A stretch of 64,000 nt of DNA from Octopus vulgaris (taxonomy: Eukaryota), in NCBI GenBank assembly GCA_951406725.2, contig OX597818.1, positions 138,446,001 to 138,510,000 of the forward strand, read 5' to 3'. This document shows positions 27,112 through 39,184 of the stretch, piece after piece. Under the pieces are notes generated by a model. The model saw only the letters and a program-made list of their open reading frames with translations, ran no database searches and was not told where the DNA came from. Position 1 is the first letter of the stretch. Each line of letters opens with the position of its first letter. Made by a program: the position numbers and the translations under genes.

Positions 27112-27168
27112 AGAGAGAGAGAGAGAGAGAGAAGTATATATATATATGTTTGTATGTATGAATGTATG

Positions 27169-27202
<34 letters not shown>

Positions 27203-27781
27203 TGTATGTATGTATATAATGTATATCCTTGTAAGCATGTATGTGTGTGTGTTTATATATGTATGGACAATGTTTGTACAGATGTGTGTGTATGTATGGT
27301 ATGTATGAATTTGTAAGTGTATATGAATTTATGTACATCCATTAGTCTGTTTTAGTTTTCATGTCATTGGCCACTCTGGAGCTTAATATAAACATACCCT
27401 TTTCATGCATGTATGTACGAGTGTATACATTTGAGGTATATATGTAAATCTGCATGCAATTACATTTATGTGTGTGTGTGTGTGCATGTCTGTATGTGTA
27501 TGTGCACACTCACATGAATGCTTGTATGTGCGCGTATATATATGTGTGATTTATATGAGTACATATACACACACATAGGGTCTACATTATATTATAGAGA
27601 AAATATTGTTGTGATTGTATAATAGAAAAACTATATAAACCATAATTGCATGTATGTTGATTTCTTTATGTGTATATACAGTTGTTGTGTGTATATATAG
27701 ATATAGATATGGATAAATAATATATATATATATATATGAATGTATGCTCATTAGATGTAACCATATGCTGGTATTGACTCT

Positions 27782-27827
<46 letters not shown>

Positions 27828-28166
27828 AAATATTTAATATATTTTCCTAATGTGCGTGTTTATGTACAGTCTGTAGTCCTTATGTCCATATACAGTTATA
27901 CATCCATATGTCTATTGCTGTTTACATAAAAGATGTGTGTGTGTGTGTGTAGAAAGGGACAGGGTATGTGCAAGGGGTAAGGGAGGAGGGAAGTGCATAA
28001 AAGGGGGGGAGGGGAGAGAAGGAAGCACAAGAGAAAAAAATAGACTGGGCACAAATACACACACGAACACACACACAAACACACACACACACACAATACA
28101 TACACACACACATACCATACACAAACAGAAACAACCAGTCTGAAGGTTTTTTTATCAAAAGCAAGG

Positions 28167-28207
<41 letters not shown>

Positions 28208-28270
28208 CACACGCACACACACACACACACAATATGCATAAACTTAAAATAGTTTCAGGGGTGTGTGTGG

Positions 28271-28299
28271 TGACGTCATATTCCTTCATTAATTTGCAT
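28271..28299. promoter_or_regulatory. Candidate cis-regulatory motif pair: full CRE and POU octamer
   Basis: TGACGTCA at 28271-28278 and ATTTGCAT at 28292-28299 (in CATTAATTTGCAT), in non-repeat sequence. Confidence 0.35.
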
Positions 28300-28497
28300 T
28301 TGTATGAAAATTTGTCTGATAGTTGTCTCAAGTTAAGTTTGATGGTTATCTGATGGTGTGTCTGATGGCTAGTGTCTAGAACAAGCTATATGGCTGTCTG
28401 ACAAAGAATCATTTACCTAATTCTGGTTTCTACAAAATGAAATAGAGTAAAGTAGATGGGGAGAGAACAAAAACTTAAATGCATTGATTTAATTCAA

Positions 28498-28718
28498 CCC
28501 TTTAGCCATTCAGATTACTCATCAAATATAAAGCTAATTTATTCATGTTGTTTTGAATTAATTATGCATTATTTTGTGGCTTCGAGATTTTGATGATGTG
28601 AGTGTTCTGTTCTTAGCTAGACATTGTAGGGGAGACGTGAAAGGCTGGATCTGTTCAGCTTGAACATAAAAAAGGCAGATTATTTGGTTCTAATACAGCA
28701 AGTTTGAATGTTAAAAGG
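28498..28718. mobile_element. piggyBac-like MITE family F
   Basis: CCCTTTAGC...TGTTAAAAGG|TTAA; homologous to 51011-51229. Confidence 0.8.
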
Positions 28719-28967
28719 TTAATTGTTGTATAGAAGCATGTTTTATCGGAAGCCAAGAATCAAAAGAATTTCTGTATCTGAGATTGGTGCCCTCACCCAC
28801 AAGAAGATTTCTCTTACCTTCAAATACTAAATCAAAGGTGACAAATTTACCAGGTCATTAAGAATATCAAATTAAATGCTACACAGCATTTGTTCCAAAT
28901 CTCTGCTCTCTGTGTTCATATTTACCAAGGTCTTCCTTTTCTTTCATACTTTCATTTAAATTTACTT

Positions 28968-29142
28968 AAGGAAGCCCTTTGCTCCCTGTTGAGCATAGGC
29001 CACCGTCAACTTTTCCCAACTATACTCAGCTCTGGATTAATCATATCTGCTTCTTTCCAGTTGTATCCCTACTTCTGTAGCTTCCTTTGAGACTTTGTTA
29101 CACCCTGTCATATGCTTCCCTGTGGAAAGGCCTTCCTCTCCC
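28968..29142 (-). mobile_element. Highly degenerate RTE LINE 3' end
   Basis: Minus strand has AGAGGAAGGCCT (RGRP), GYNWKEA and GGCCTATGCTCAACAGGGAGC (GLCSTGS), resembling RTE-1 C-termini, with frameshifts. Confidence 0.5.
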
Positions 29143-29801
29143 AGGTCTTAGTGGTCCTCCATTGGCATTGATACTGCTGTAACTTTGCTCTTTTATCTAG
29201 GTAGGGGTCTTGGCCCAACACAAACCCATTTGTACCTCAGAGCAGAGATGATCCATACAAGTCAGGCCTCTATGTTTTGACCTGCCAGAATGCAAGGCAG
29301 TGAACTGGCAGAAACGTTAGCATGCCGGGCGAAATGCTAAGCGGTATTTCGTCTGAGTTCAAATTCGTCTGAGTTCAAATTCCACCGAGGTCGACTTTGC
29401 TTTTCATCCTTTCGGGATCGATAAATTAAGTACCAGTTCTTAAAAACTGTGTCATAGCAGAAAATTTATGGAAAAATGAAACAAGATGGATAAAACTGAT
29501 TATTTAATTTCATATCTGTACCTATAGATTATACTATTTCCATTATACTTAGATGCTTAACACACTGGACAAACTGCCCAGTATCGTTTCATCCCTCTTT
29601 TCGTTTTGAGTTCAAATTCCACCAAGGTCGATTTTTTGTCTTTCATCTTAATTTATTGACCCTGAATGGATGAAAGGCAAAGTTGATCTCAGCAGAATTT
29701 GAACTCAGAATGTAGTGACAATAAAACTCAGAATCGGAGCTGACTTAACATGAAACATCATCAAATGATACCAGGAGTAACAATAAACAACGAAAGATAG
29801 C

Positions 29802-30063
29802 AAAGGTCACATTTAAACTGTGAGTCACAGATTATAAAGGTCACCATTAATAAATAATTCAGATATAAACGTCACATAATTAAGATATAAGCCATGTGTT
29901 GTAAATGTCACACTCTAGTAATGATTCAGAGAGGTTTTAAAGGCCACAGTTTAACTGCAATTCAGGAGTCATAAAGGTCACATCTTAGCAATATATCAGT
30001 GTTCATAAAGGTCACATTTTAGTAATATGCCATTTAACAATATGTCAGAGGTTATAAAGGTCA
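29802..30063 (+). repeat. Degenerate ~34-bp tandem repeat with a retained AAAGGTCA core
   Basis: Cores at 29802, 29836, 29867, 29903, 29939, 29973, 30007 and 30056; five exact, three with one mismatch. Confidence 0.75.
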
Positions 30064-30311
30064 TAGTTTAACAATATGTCAGTGAATTGTAAAGTTTTGA
30101 CACAGAAATAAAGGCTTATCTATTGGGCTTTTCTTGGGACAGGAAAGGAAGAGGTTCAGAGAGTGACCCTTTACAGCATCTGCTCTAAAGAGATCAGGGC
30201 ATTAGGAAGAGTATCTGACACTAGAAACAGACACTGGAACCAGGCACAGCCCTCTCATTTATCTGTTCGTGTAAAAACTCGAACCCAGCATGGAGGAAAA
30301 GGACAAAAGAT

Positions 30312-30412
<101 letters not shown>

Positions 30413-30413
30413 C

Positions 30414-30445
<32 letters not shown>

Positions 30446-30543
30446 CACATACATATATGATGGATGAACAGAAACAAGAAAATGACAAAGGTTTCACAAA
30501 GTGTGTTTGTTAGTCTAACATAACTTGAAAGGAAAGAAAATGA

Positions 30544-30580
30544 GTCTTGACGTTTCGGAAGTTAGTCCTTCATCAAAAAA
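30544..30580 (-). ncRNA. Minimal hammerhead motif (C3U), Penelope-like remnant
   Basis: Minus strand reads UUUU UUGAUGA A GGA CUAACU UCC GAAA CG UC AAGAC; a more decayed relative lies at 4217-4250. Confidence 0.55.
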
Positions 30581-31158
30581 GTGAAAAAGAAGACACATGC
30601 ACATGCCGTGTGCACACACAAACACACACACTCGTATATGTGTATGCATATATATATGTGTGTGTGTGTATGTGTGTATGTGCATGTGTGTGTGCATGTG
30701 TGCATGTATATATATATATATGTGTGTGTGTGTATATACATATATATATATATATATATACATACATATATATATACATACATATTGACAGGGAGGTAAA
30801 GAGATAAGTAGGAAAAAACATCAATACATACATATAAACATATGCACGCACACACATGTGTATATGTATGTATGTATGTATGCATGTATGTATGTATGCA
30901 TGTGTGTATGTATGTATGTATGTATGTATGTATATGTAGGTATGTGTAAAGAGATGGGAAGACAACTAGAGTGATTGACAGCTGAAGTCAATTATGATAT
31001 GCATGAATGGTTGAATCTTTTAAAACACTTTGGAAGCATTTCTAACTTTAGTCATTTGCTGAAAGCAAGAATACATATATTTGTTTCCACCATGTTTGAC
31101 TTCAACAAAAGTGTCACTTAACTTAAGAGAACAATAGCATTTTATTATGATGTTATGC

Positions 31159-31190
<32 letters not shown>

Positions 31191-31411
31191 TCTCTTTTAT
31201 CTCTTTTACTTGTTTCAGTCATTTGACTGCGGCCATGCTGGAGCACCGCCTTTTTTTTTTTAGTCGAGCAAATCGACCCCGGGACTTATTCTTTGTAAGC
31301 CCAGTACTTATTCTATCGGTCTCTATTGCGGAACCGCTAAGTGACGGGGACGTAAACACACCAGCATCGGTTGTCAAGCAATGCTAGGGGGACAAACACA
31401 GACACACAAAC

Positions 31412-31444
<33 letters not shown>

Positions 31445-31615
31445 CATATATACGACGGGCTTCTTTCAGTTTCCGTCTACCAAATCCACTCACAAGGCAT
31501 TGGTCGGCCCGGAGCTATAGCAGAAGACACTTGCCCAAGATGCCACGCAGTAGGACTGAACCCGGAACCATGTGGTTGGTTAGCAAGCTACTTACCACAC
31601 AGCCACTCCTGCGCC
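31191..31615 (-). mobile_element. SINE family A
   Basis: Near-consensus reverse complement. Confidence 0.93.
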
Positions 31616-31641
31616 TATATATATATATATATATACATATA

Positions 31642-32037
31642 GGAGCAAGAGTGGCTGTTTTGTAAGTAGCTTGCTACTAACCACATGGTTCCTGGTTCAG
31701 TCCCACTGTGGGGCACCTTGGAAAAGTGTCTTCTACTATAGCCTTGGGCCAACTATAGCCTGCTGAGTGGATTTAGCAGAAGGAAACTGAAAGAAGCTCA
31801 TCATACATCTATGCATGAATGTGTGTGTGTGTGTGTGTAACTTTGTGTCTGTATTTGTCCCTCACCACTGCTTGACGGCTGGTGTTGGTGTATTTCTTTC
31901 TCTGTAACTTGGCAGTTTGGCAAAAAAAAAATCAACTGGTGTTCAATTCATTTGACTAAAAATACTTCTGCATGGTGCTCCAGCATGGCCGCAATCTACT
32001 GCCTGAAAGAAACCAAAGATAAAAGATAAAATAAAGA
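31642..32037 (+). mobile_element. SINE family A, older diverged copy, head-to-head with the previous one
   Basis: Same modules with many substitutions. Confidence 0.85.
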
Positions 32038-32139
32038 TGTATGTATGTGTGATTGTGTGTATGGATACACACATATGTACAGTAAACCATATACAAGAAT
32101 CTAGAAGACTCTATTTCTCTCCTAACTTACAATTCACCT

Positions 32140-32460
32140 TCTACTACCACCACGACCACGACCACCATCACCACTACTACCACCACCACCACCACCACCA
32201 CTACATCACCACCCTTACAACATCACTACCGCCATCACCAACATCACCACCAATACGATCATCACCACCACCAACTCCACCACATCCTCACACTCACCAC
32301 CACCACCACCACCACCACTACCACTACCACCACCATCGCCACTACCGCAACATCCCCTTACACTCTATACCATTTCACGTGAACTTCCCTTCAAAATTGT
32401 TCTTCCTGCCTCCTTTGTCTTGGCAAGATTTTGGCACTTCCCAAGTCATTTCACAAATAC

Positions 32461-32509
<49 letters not shown>

Positions 32510-32630
32510 CACCACCAACACCACCAACACCACAACTTCTACTACTACCAGTACTATTAGCACTACCACAGATACCACCACCACCACCACCACCACCACC
32601 ACCACCACCACCACCACTACCACCACTACT

Positions 32631-32679
<49 letters not shown>

Positions 32680-32755
32680 TACTACTACTATTACTACCAC
32701 TACTACTACTACTAATGATGTTCCTGCTGCTGCTGCTGCTGCTGTTGTTGTTGTT
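32140..32755. repeat. (CAC)n / (TAC)n compound trinucleotide repeats
   Basis: Direct inspection. Confidence 0.9.
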
Positions 32756-33109
32756 TGAATTAGCTAATTGATCTAAGGGTAATTATTGTACTTTTTCTTG
32801 ATTAGTGTCATGAAATAATGGTTCCCCTCCCACCATTTTCCTTTTTTCTTTTCTGTCTTTATTTATTCAGTCTTTTTGGAAATTATTATTATTTTTGTAT
32901 GTTTTTGTTGTTATTATTATTGTAGTTAATGCTGTCATTGTGACATCATAAACTATTACGACTTTTACCATCATCATCTTCCCTGTCATCATTATTTTCA
33001 CCATCATCATCATCATCATCATCATTTTTGAAATCGGCAACAGCTTCTTCAATATGCTGCCATCATCATTATTTCACACACACACACACATGCACACTCA
33101 TTCACATCT

Positions 33110-33182
33110 CCATCACCATCATCACCATCATCATCATCACCATCACCATCATCATCATCATCATCATCATCATCCCCATCAC

Positions 33183-33214
<32 letters not shown>

Positions 33215-33321
33215 CCATCACCATCACCATCATCATCATCCCCATCACCATCATCATCATCATCATCATCATCATCACCATCACCATCACCATCATCATC
33301 ATCCCCATCACCATCATCATC

Positions 33322-33353
<32 letters not shown>

Positions 33354-33531
33354 CATCACCATCACCATCATCATCATCATCACCATCCCCATCACCATCA
33401 CCATCATCATCATCAACATCACCATCATCATCATCACCATCATCACCATCATCATCACCATCATCATCATCATCACCATCCCCATCACCATCACCATCAT
33501 CATCATCATCACCATCCCCATCACCATCATC

Positions 33532-33562
<31 letters not shown>

Positions 33563-33792
33563 CCATCCCCATCACCATCACCATCATCATCATCAACATC
33601 ACCATCATCATCATCACCATCATCACCATCATCATCACCATCATCATCATCATCACCATCCCCATCACCATCACCATCATCACCATCATCATCATGATCA
33701 CCATCACCATCACCATCACCATCATCATCATCAACATCACCATCATCATGATCACCATCATCACCATCATCATCCTCATCATCATCATCACC
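33110..33792. repeat. (CAT/CAC)n compound repeat with higher-order duplications
   Basis: About 680 bp; source of the poly-His/Ile/Met ORFs. Confidence 0.95.
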
Positions 33793-34357
33793 ACAGCAAT
33801 AATCATTGTCATTCCCCTTCTCCTCATCATCCTTATTGCCATTATCATCAGCATCAGCATCCTCAGCAGCAGTAACAGCAGCAGCATCAGCATCCTCAGC
33901 AGCAGTAACAGCAGCAGCAGCAGCACCATTATTACTACCATTATCGGCACCACAAAAGTCGTCATCATCATCATCATCATCATCATACTCATCCTAATTT
34001 GCACTACTGTTTTTAATTGTCAACCTCATTATAATCATCATCATTATCATAAACATTGTTACACTCTGTCACACCTTCATCATCATTACAATTATCATAA
34101 TCAACATAAACATTGTTATGTTAAAAACTCACAATCTTCAATAATCTCCCATGGTTACCACACCTCTAGGGTGCTTAATAGCACTCTGAAAGTGAAATGT
34201 GTAGAGAGTAAAGTCTGTTAATGGTAATACATCTTAACTTCATACTTTGCTAATGCTAAACTATCTTCAGATGACAAAATTCAACCAGTCAATAAAAGAA
34301 ATAAGTATATCACAGATATCATATTAACCCATTAGCACCAACGGTTTCTTTTTTTTT

Positions 34358-34525
34358 ATGCGCCCTTTTCAAGCCTAGCCAGGCTCGTGAGCCCGGTTTC
34401 CCAGTTTCTATGGTGTTTGTGTTCCCCCCAGCCGGACGGGACACCAATCCATCACAGCGTTACTCAAACCATGATCCTCCGGCTGTGAGTCCGCTGCCCT
34501 AGCCACTGGGCCATTGTGCCTCCAC
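34358..34525 (-). mobile_element. Internally deleted SINE: family-B head with an E-like tail
   Basis: Head GTGGAGGCACAATGGCCCAGTGG; tail with CCCGTCCGG...GAAACTGGGAAACCGGGCTC as in 40420-40727. Confidence 0.7.
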
Positions 34526-34608
34526 CACATAGTTCAACCTATACAAGTTAAATGTGTGCAAAGTAAAATAGGAATTTTGAAAGAAGTTTCTATAAAACTA
34601 GTTTTTAG

Positions 34609-34829
34609 CCCTTTCATTACCAACCTGGCTGAAACCGGTTCTGGCTTTGTGGTACAAATGTCTTGTTTTCATAAATTTTGAATTAAAATCTTCCACCAAA
34701 CCTTAGTCACAATTTATGTTCCTAACACTAGTTTAATGATCATGAAGTCATTTTACTAAATTCTTTGTTACGTCTAAAATAATTGAAAGAAACCCAGAAC
34801 ATCTCAAAATAAATACGGTAACGAAAGGG
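34609..34829. mobile_element. piggyBac-like MITE family G
   Basis: CCTTTCATTACC...GGTAACGAAAGGG; homologous to 43956-44176. Confidence 0.8.
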
Positions 34830-35002
34830 TTTTAAACATCAAATGCTTGTTGGGGTGTGGGGGCATGAGAATAAAAAAATAATCAAAGGGGTTCATAGAT
34901 TTTAAAAAATGGTCGGGGAAACCCTGATCTAGATGATGAAGATCAAGCAAGCCTGCTCATGGGACTGTATAGTTTATTAGTAAGTATGATTGTAAGTGAA
35001 TG

Positions 35003-35718
35003 AGTGACTGAGTGAGAGAGTGAGTGAGTGAGAGATAAGATGAGGGAGTGAGTGAGAGAGTGAGTGAGAGAGTGAGTGAGTGAGAGATAAGATGAGGGAG
35101 TGAGTGAGAGAGTGAGTGAGAGATAAGATGAGTGAGTGAGAGAGTGAGTGAGAGATAAGATGTGTGAGTGAGTGAGAGAGTGAGTGAGAGATAAGATGTG
35201 TGAGTGAGTGAGAGAGTGAGTGAGAGATAAGATGAGTGAGTGAGTGAGAGATAAGATGAGGGAGTGAGTGAGAGATAAGATGAGTGAGTGAGTGAGAGAG
35301 TGAGTGAGAGATAAGATGAGTGAGTGAGTGAGTGAGTGAGTGAGAGATAAGATGAGGGAGTGAGTGAGAGAGTGAGTGAGAGATAAGATGAGTGAGTGAG
35401 TGAGAGAGTGAGTGAGAGATAAGATGAGTGAGTGAGTGAGTGAGTGAGTGAGTGAGTGAGTGAGAGATAAGATGAGGGAGTGAGTGAGAGATAAGATGAG
35501 TGAGTGAGTGAGAGAGTGAGTGAGAGATAAGATGAGTGAGTGAGTGAGTGAGAGATAAGATGCGGGAGTGAGTGAGTGAGTGAGAGAGTGAGTGAGAGAT
35601 AAGATGAGTGAGTGAGTGAGTGAGAGAGTGAGAGATAAGATGAGTGAGTGAGTGAGTGAGAGAGTGAGAGATAAGATGAGGGAGTGAGTGAGAGAGTGAG
35701 AGAGTGAGTGAGTGAGTG
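35003..35718. repeat. (GAGT)n minisatellite punctuated by about 19 GAGATAAGATG units
   Basis: Direct count by eye. Confidence 0.92.
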
Positions 35719-36168
35719 CAACAAAGATGGAAGGGGAGAGATGAAGCTATAACTACAAAGCTAAACCCTTTTTCCTTCACCTTTCTTATTTTCTCACCTG
35801 ACTATGTATATAAAACTGAGTTTCTTTTGGTATTTGCCTCAGCGGAATTAGCTTCGTACCAATAAACTATATTTATATAGTCATTCTCATATATCCTTGT
35901 GTCTTTCCTCTCTCTGCACCTCTCACCTTTTCACTCCCTCCTTCCTTCTCTCTCTTTCTTCCTTTATTCACTTTCTCTCTCTCTCTCTCTCACTCCCCCC
36001 ACACACACACACAAACACTCTCTCACACCTTCAAACACTTTTGTACACACAGCAACACACATACATAATCATGCACACATACACACACACTCTCTCTCTC
36101 TCTCTCTCTCTTCCTTGCATGTTCAAACACACTGTCACATACACATACTTACACAATCACATGCATGT

Positions 36169-36169
<1 letters not shown>

Positions 36170-36203
<34 letters not shown>

Positions 36204-36488
36204 CAAACGCAGTCAATCATACACACACACACACACACACACACATACACACATTCAAACACAGTCATCATACACACACACATTCAAACACAGCCAACAT
36301 ACACACACACACAAACATTCAAACACAGTCGTCACACACACACACACACACACACACATTCAAACACAGTCATCATACACACACACACGCATTCAAACAC
36401 ATTCATCATACACACACACACACACACACACACACATTCAAACAGTCATCACACACACACACAAACATTCAAACATAGTCGTCACACA

Positions 36489-36529
<41 letters not shown>

Positions 36530-36825
36530 TCAAACACAGTCGTCATACACACACACACACACGCATTCAAACACATTCATCATACACACACATACACGCA
36601 TTCAAACACAGTTATCATACACACACACATTCAAACACAGTCATCATACACACACACACACACACACGCATTCAAACACATTCATCATACACACACACAC
36701 ATTCAAACACAGTCATCATACACACACACACACACATGCATTCAAACACATTCATCCCACACACACACAAACATTCAAACATAGTCGTCACACACACACA
36801 CACACACACATTCAAACACAGTCAT

Positions 36826-36858
<33 letters not shown>

Positions 36859-36900
36859 TCAAACACAGTCATCATACACACACACACACACACACATACA
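36170..36900. repeat. Minisatellite CATTCAAACACAGTCATCATA(CA)n
   Basis: More than 15 variable-length units. Confidence 0.92.
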
Positions 36901-37093
36901 TATGAATAATTTCTCTGTGTCCCACCCCACCAGTTTACCAGTTCTTATCTATGATGAACTTTCCTTTCACTCCATAACTAATTCACAATTCATTTACTGA
37001 TATTGATTTTGTTTTTGAATTCTTTAACAACACTCCTTTCTTTCTTTCTCTACTCTCTTTGTGTGCATGCAAGTATGTGTATGTATGTACATG

Positions 37094-37150
<57 letters not shown>

Positions 37151-37152
<2 letters not shown>

Positions 37153-37433
37153 CAATTGCAGCGTGGAAGGTGTTTGTAGCCATTTAAGAAACACACAAAA
37201 GCCGTTCGATTCACTTCAACATTTAAGTTTGATTTGTCAAAATATTTTCGTCGCTAAAATCCGCGACCTGTTCACTGACAAAAATCCGTGCTGCATCATT
37301 TTTGTCAGTGAACAGGTCGCGGATTTTAGCGACGAAAATATTTTGACAAATTAAACTTAAATGTTGAAGTGAATCGAACGGCTTTTGTGTGTTTCTTAAA
37401 TGGCTTATAAACACCTTCCACGCTGCAATTGTT
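37151..37433. repeat. Palindrome (about 135-bp arms, 12-nt loop), Penelope-like inverted terminus carrying a hammerhead motif in each arm
   Basis: 37151-37285 is the reverse complement of 37298-37433 with about 3 differences; starts in (TA)n. Confidence 0.92.
37301..37350 (+). ncRNA. Minimal type-I hammerhead ribozyme with G3-C8 covariant core (mirror copy on the minus strand at 37233-37282)
   Basis: UUUGUCA GUGAACA G GUCGC GGAUUUUA GCGAC GAAA AUAU UU UGACAAA: 7-bp stem I, 5-bp stem II, palindromic stem III. Confidence 0.72.
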
Positions 37434-37488
37434 TTCGTTTCAGCACACGATCTCAGATCAAATTACTTGCTATGCGAGTACATCTCCG

Positions 37489-37536
<48 letters not shown>

Positions 37537-37607
37537 TGTGACCTCGTCTGTATCACTAGCGATTTTTTTCCTCTGTCTTCCCTTCTCGGGATCTTTCCTT
37601 CTCCTAT

Positions 37608-37642
37608 GATTCCGACGAAGAGCTCCACTCGAAACGTCAAAC
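37608..37642 (+). ncRNA. Minimal hammerhead motif (U4C core) within a Penelope-like remnant at about 37512-37740
   Basis: GAUU CCGACGA A GAG CUCCA CUC GAAA CG UC AAAC. Confidence 0.6.
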
Positions 37643-37734
37643 CCTCCTTCTTCCCTTCTTTCCTGAGCGTCCAATAATACTTTATTTGTTCCACGTCCTT
37701 GCGTTGTTGTCTTTTTGTTTTCTTGTTTGGATTA

Positions 37735-37766
<32 letters not shown>

Positions 37767-37915
37767 CCATCTTCATCATCATCATTATCATTTAATGTCC
37801 GCTTCCCATGGTGGTATGAGATGGATGGTTCACAGGAACTGGTGAAGTCAGGAACTGCACCAGGCTTCATTGTCTGTTTCGGCATAATTTATATAGCTGG
37901 ATGCCCTTACACATT

Positions 37916-37947
<32 letters not shown>

Positions 37948-38009
37948 TGTATGTATCTGAAAGGCTCCAATTTTCAGCACTCAAAGTTATATAGATATAC
38001 ATACATATA

Positions 38010-38660
38010 TCATCATCATCATCATTGTTAAACATTTGCTTTCCATGCTAGACATGGGTTGGACGATTTGACAGAGGTCTGGTGAACCAGATGGCTGCAC
38101 CAGACTCCAGTCTGATCTGGCAGAGTTTCTACAGCTGGATGCCCTTCCTAACGCCAACCACTAACGAGGGCCAGTTAGGTGGTAGTGGCAATGGCCACGC
38201 TCAAATGGTGCTTTTTATGTGCCACCTGCAAAGGAGCCAGTCCAGCGGCACTGGTAACCACCTTGCTCGAATGTTTTTTTCACGTGCCACCAGCACATAT
38301 GCTAGTAAGGTGACGCAGGTAATGATCATGTTCGAATGGTGTTTTTAACATGCCATTGGCACGGAAGCCAGCTTGTTGCTCTGGCAACGATCTCGCTCAT
38401 ATGGTACTCTTAGCGCTCCACTAGCATGGATGCCAGTCATCAAGTTTGATTTCGATTTCGATATCACTTGCCTCAACAGGTCTTCGCAAGCAGAGTTTAG
38501 TGTCCAATGAAGGAAAGGTATGCATAAGTGGGCTGGTTACACCCCTGGCATAGGCCACAAGGTTATGGTCTCACTTGCACTTGCCAAGTCTTCTCAAGCA
38601 CAGCATATTTTCAGAGGTCCCGGTCACTAGTCATTGCCTTGGTGAAGCCCAATGTTTGAA
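38010..38660 (-). mobile_element. Retroelement family I with RTE-like tail and (GAT)n end
   Basis: GCTGGATGCCCTTCCTAACGCCAACC and GTGCTTTT..GTGCCACC subrepeats; homologues at about 37770, 48667, 49536, 51300, 56925, 58730 and 60460. Confidence 0.75.
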
Positions 38661-38671
38661 GGTCATATATA

Positions 38672-39184
38672 TCTATATATATAAAACTGTAGTTGTGTGA
38701 GTGTCTGTCCCCTTCGATTTAGATTCCTAACTACTCCTACATTTTGCGGTGCAGTTTAACCAAATTCGGGTATCTTATAGTCGTGATTCATATCGAGCCC
38801 GTCTGAGTATTAGCGCGCCTCTACGATGAGTCTACGATTTTAAAAATAATTTAACATCATTTTTTATTCCATTTTAATGCATCATTTTTCGTGTGTCGAT
38901 GGCGGCGGAGTTGGCGTCCACGCTCACACCTGCACCTGTTTGCTTCTCCCCCTTCTTCCCTCCCTTGTGAAGCTGTGGGGAAGGGAGCGTAAGGAAATCA
39001 ACGTCGTAAAGCGTTGTCAAGGAGACCAGCGTTCTTTTAGAACAACGACTTCATGGCTTGAAGACACCAAAACAGAAATGGCTAAGAAAGCCCGAATTGG
39101 CATCTATAAGGGAAGTAACTCTCTAAAAATGCTTATATAGTTATTTCCCTTACAAACCTGAGCAACGCCGGGCGATACTGCTAG
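38672..39184 (+). mobile_element. Non-autonomous Helitron, family 1
   Basis: A|TCTATATATATAAAA start; CCTGAGCAACGCCGGG hairpin and CTAG|T end; homologous to 231-608. Confidence 0.88.

Noticed and set aside
33028-34221. Longest ORFs (397 aa Ile/Thr-rich, 273 aa poly-His)
   Set aside because: Translations of a (CAT/CAC)n repeat that is open in several frames; no domain or splice context
37151-37433. pre-miRNA hairpins (also 9961-10316 and 39958-40164)
   Set aside because: Arms are too long and too perfect, and the context is transposon-like; better explained as fold-back insertions
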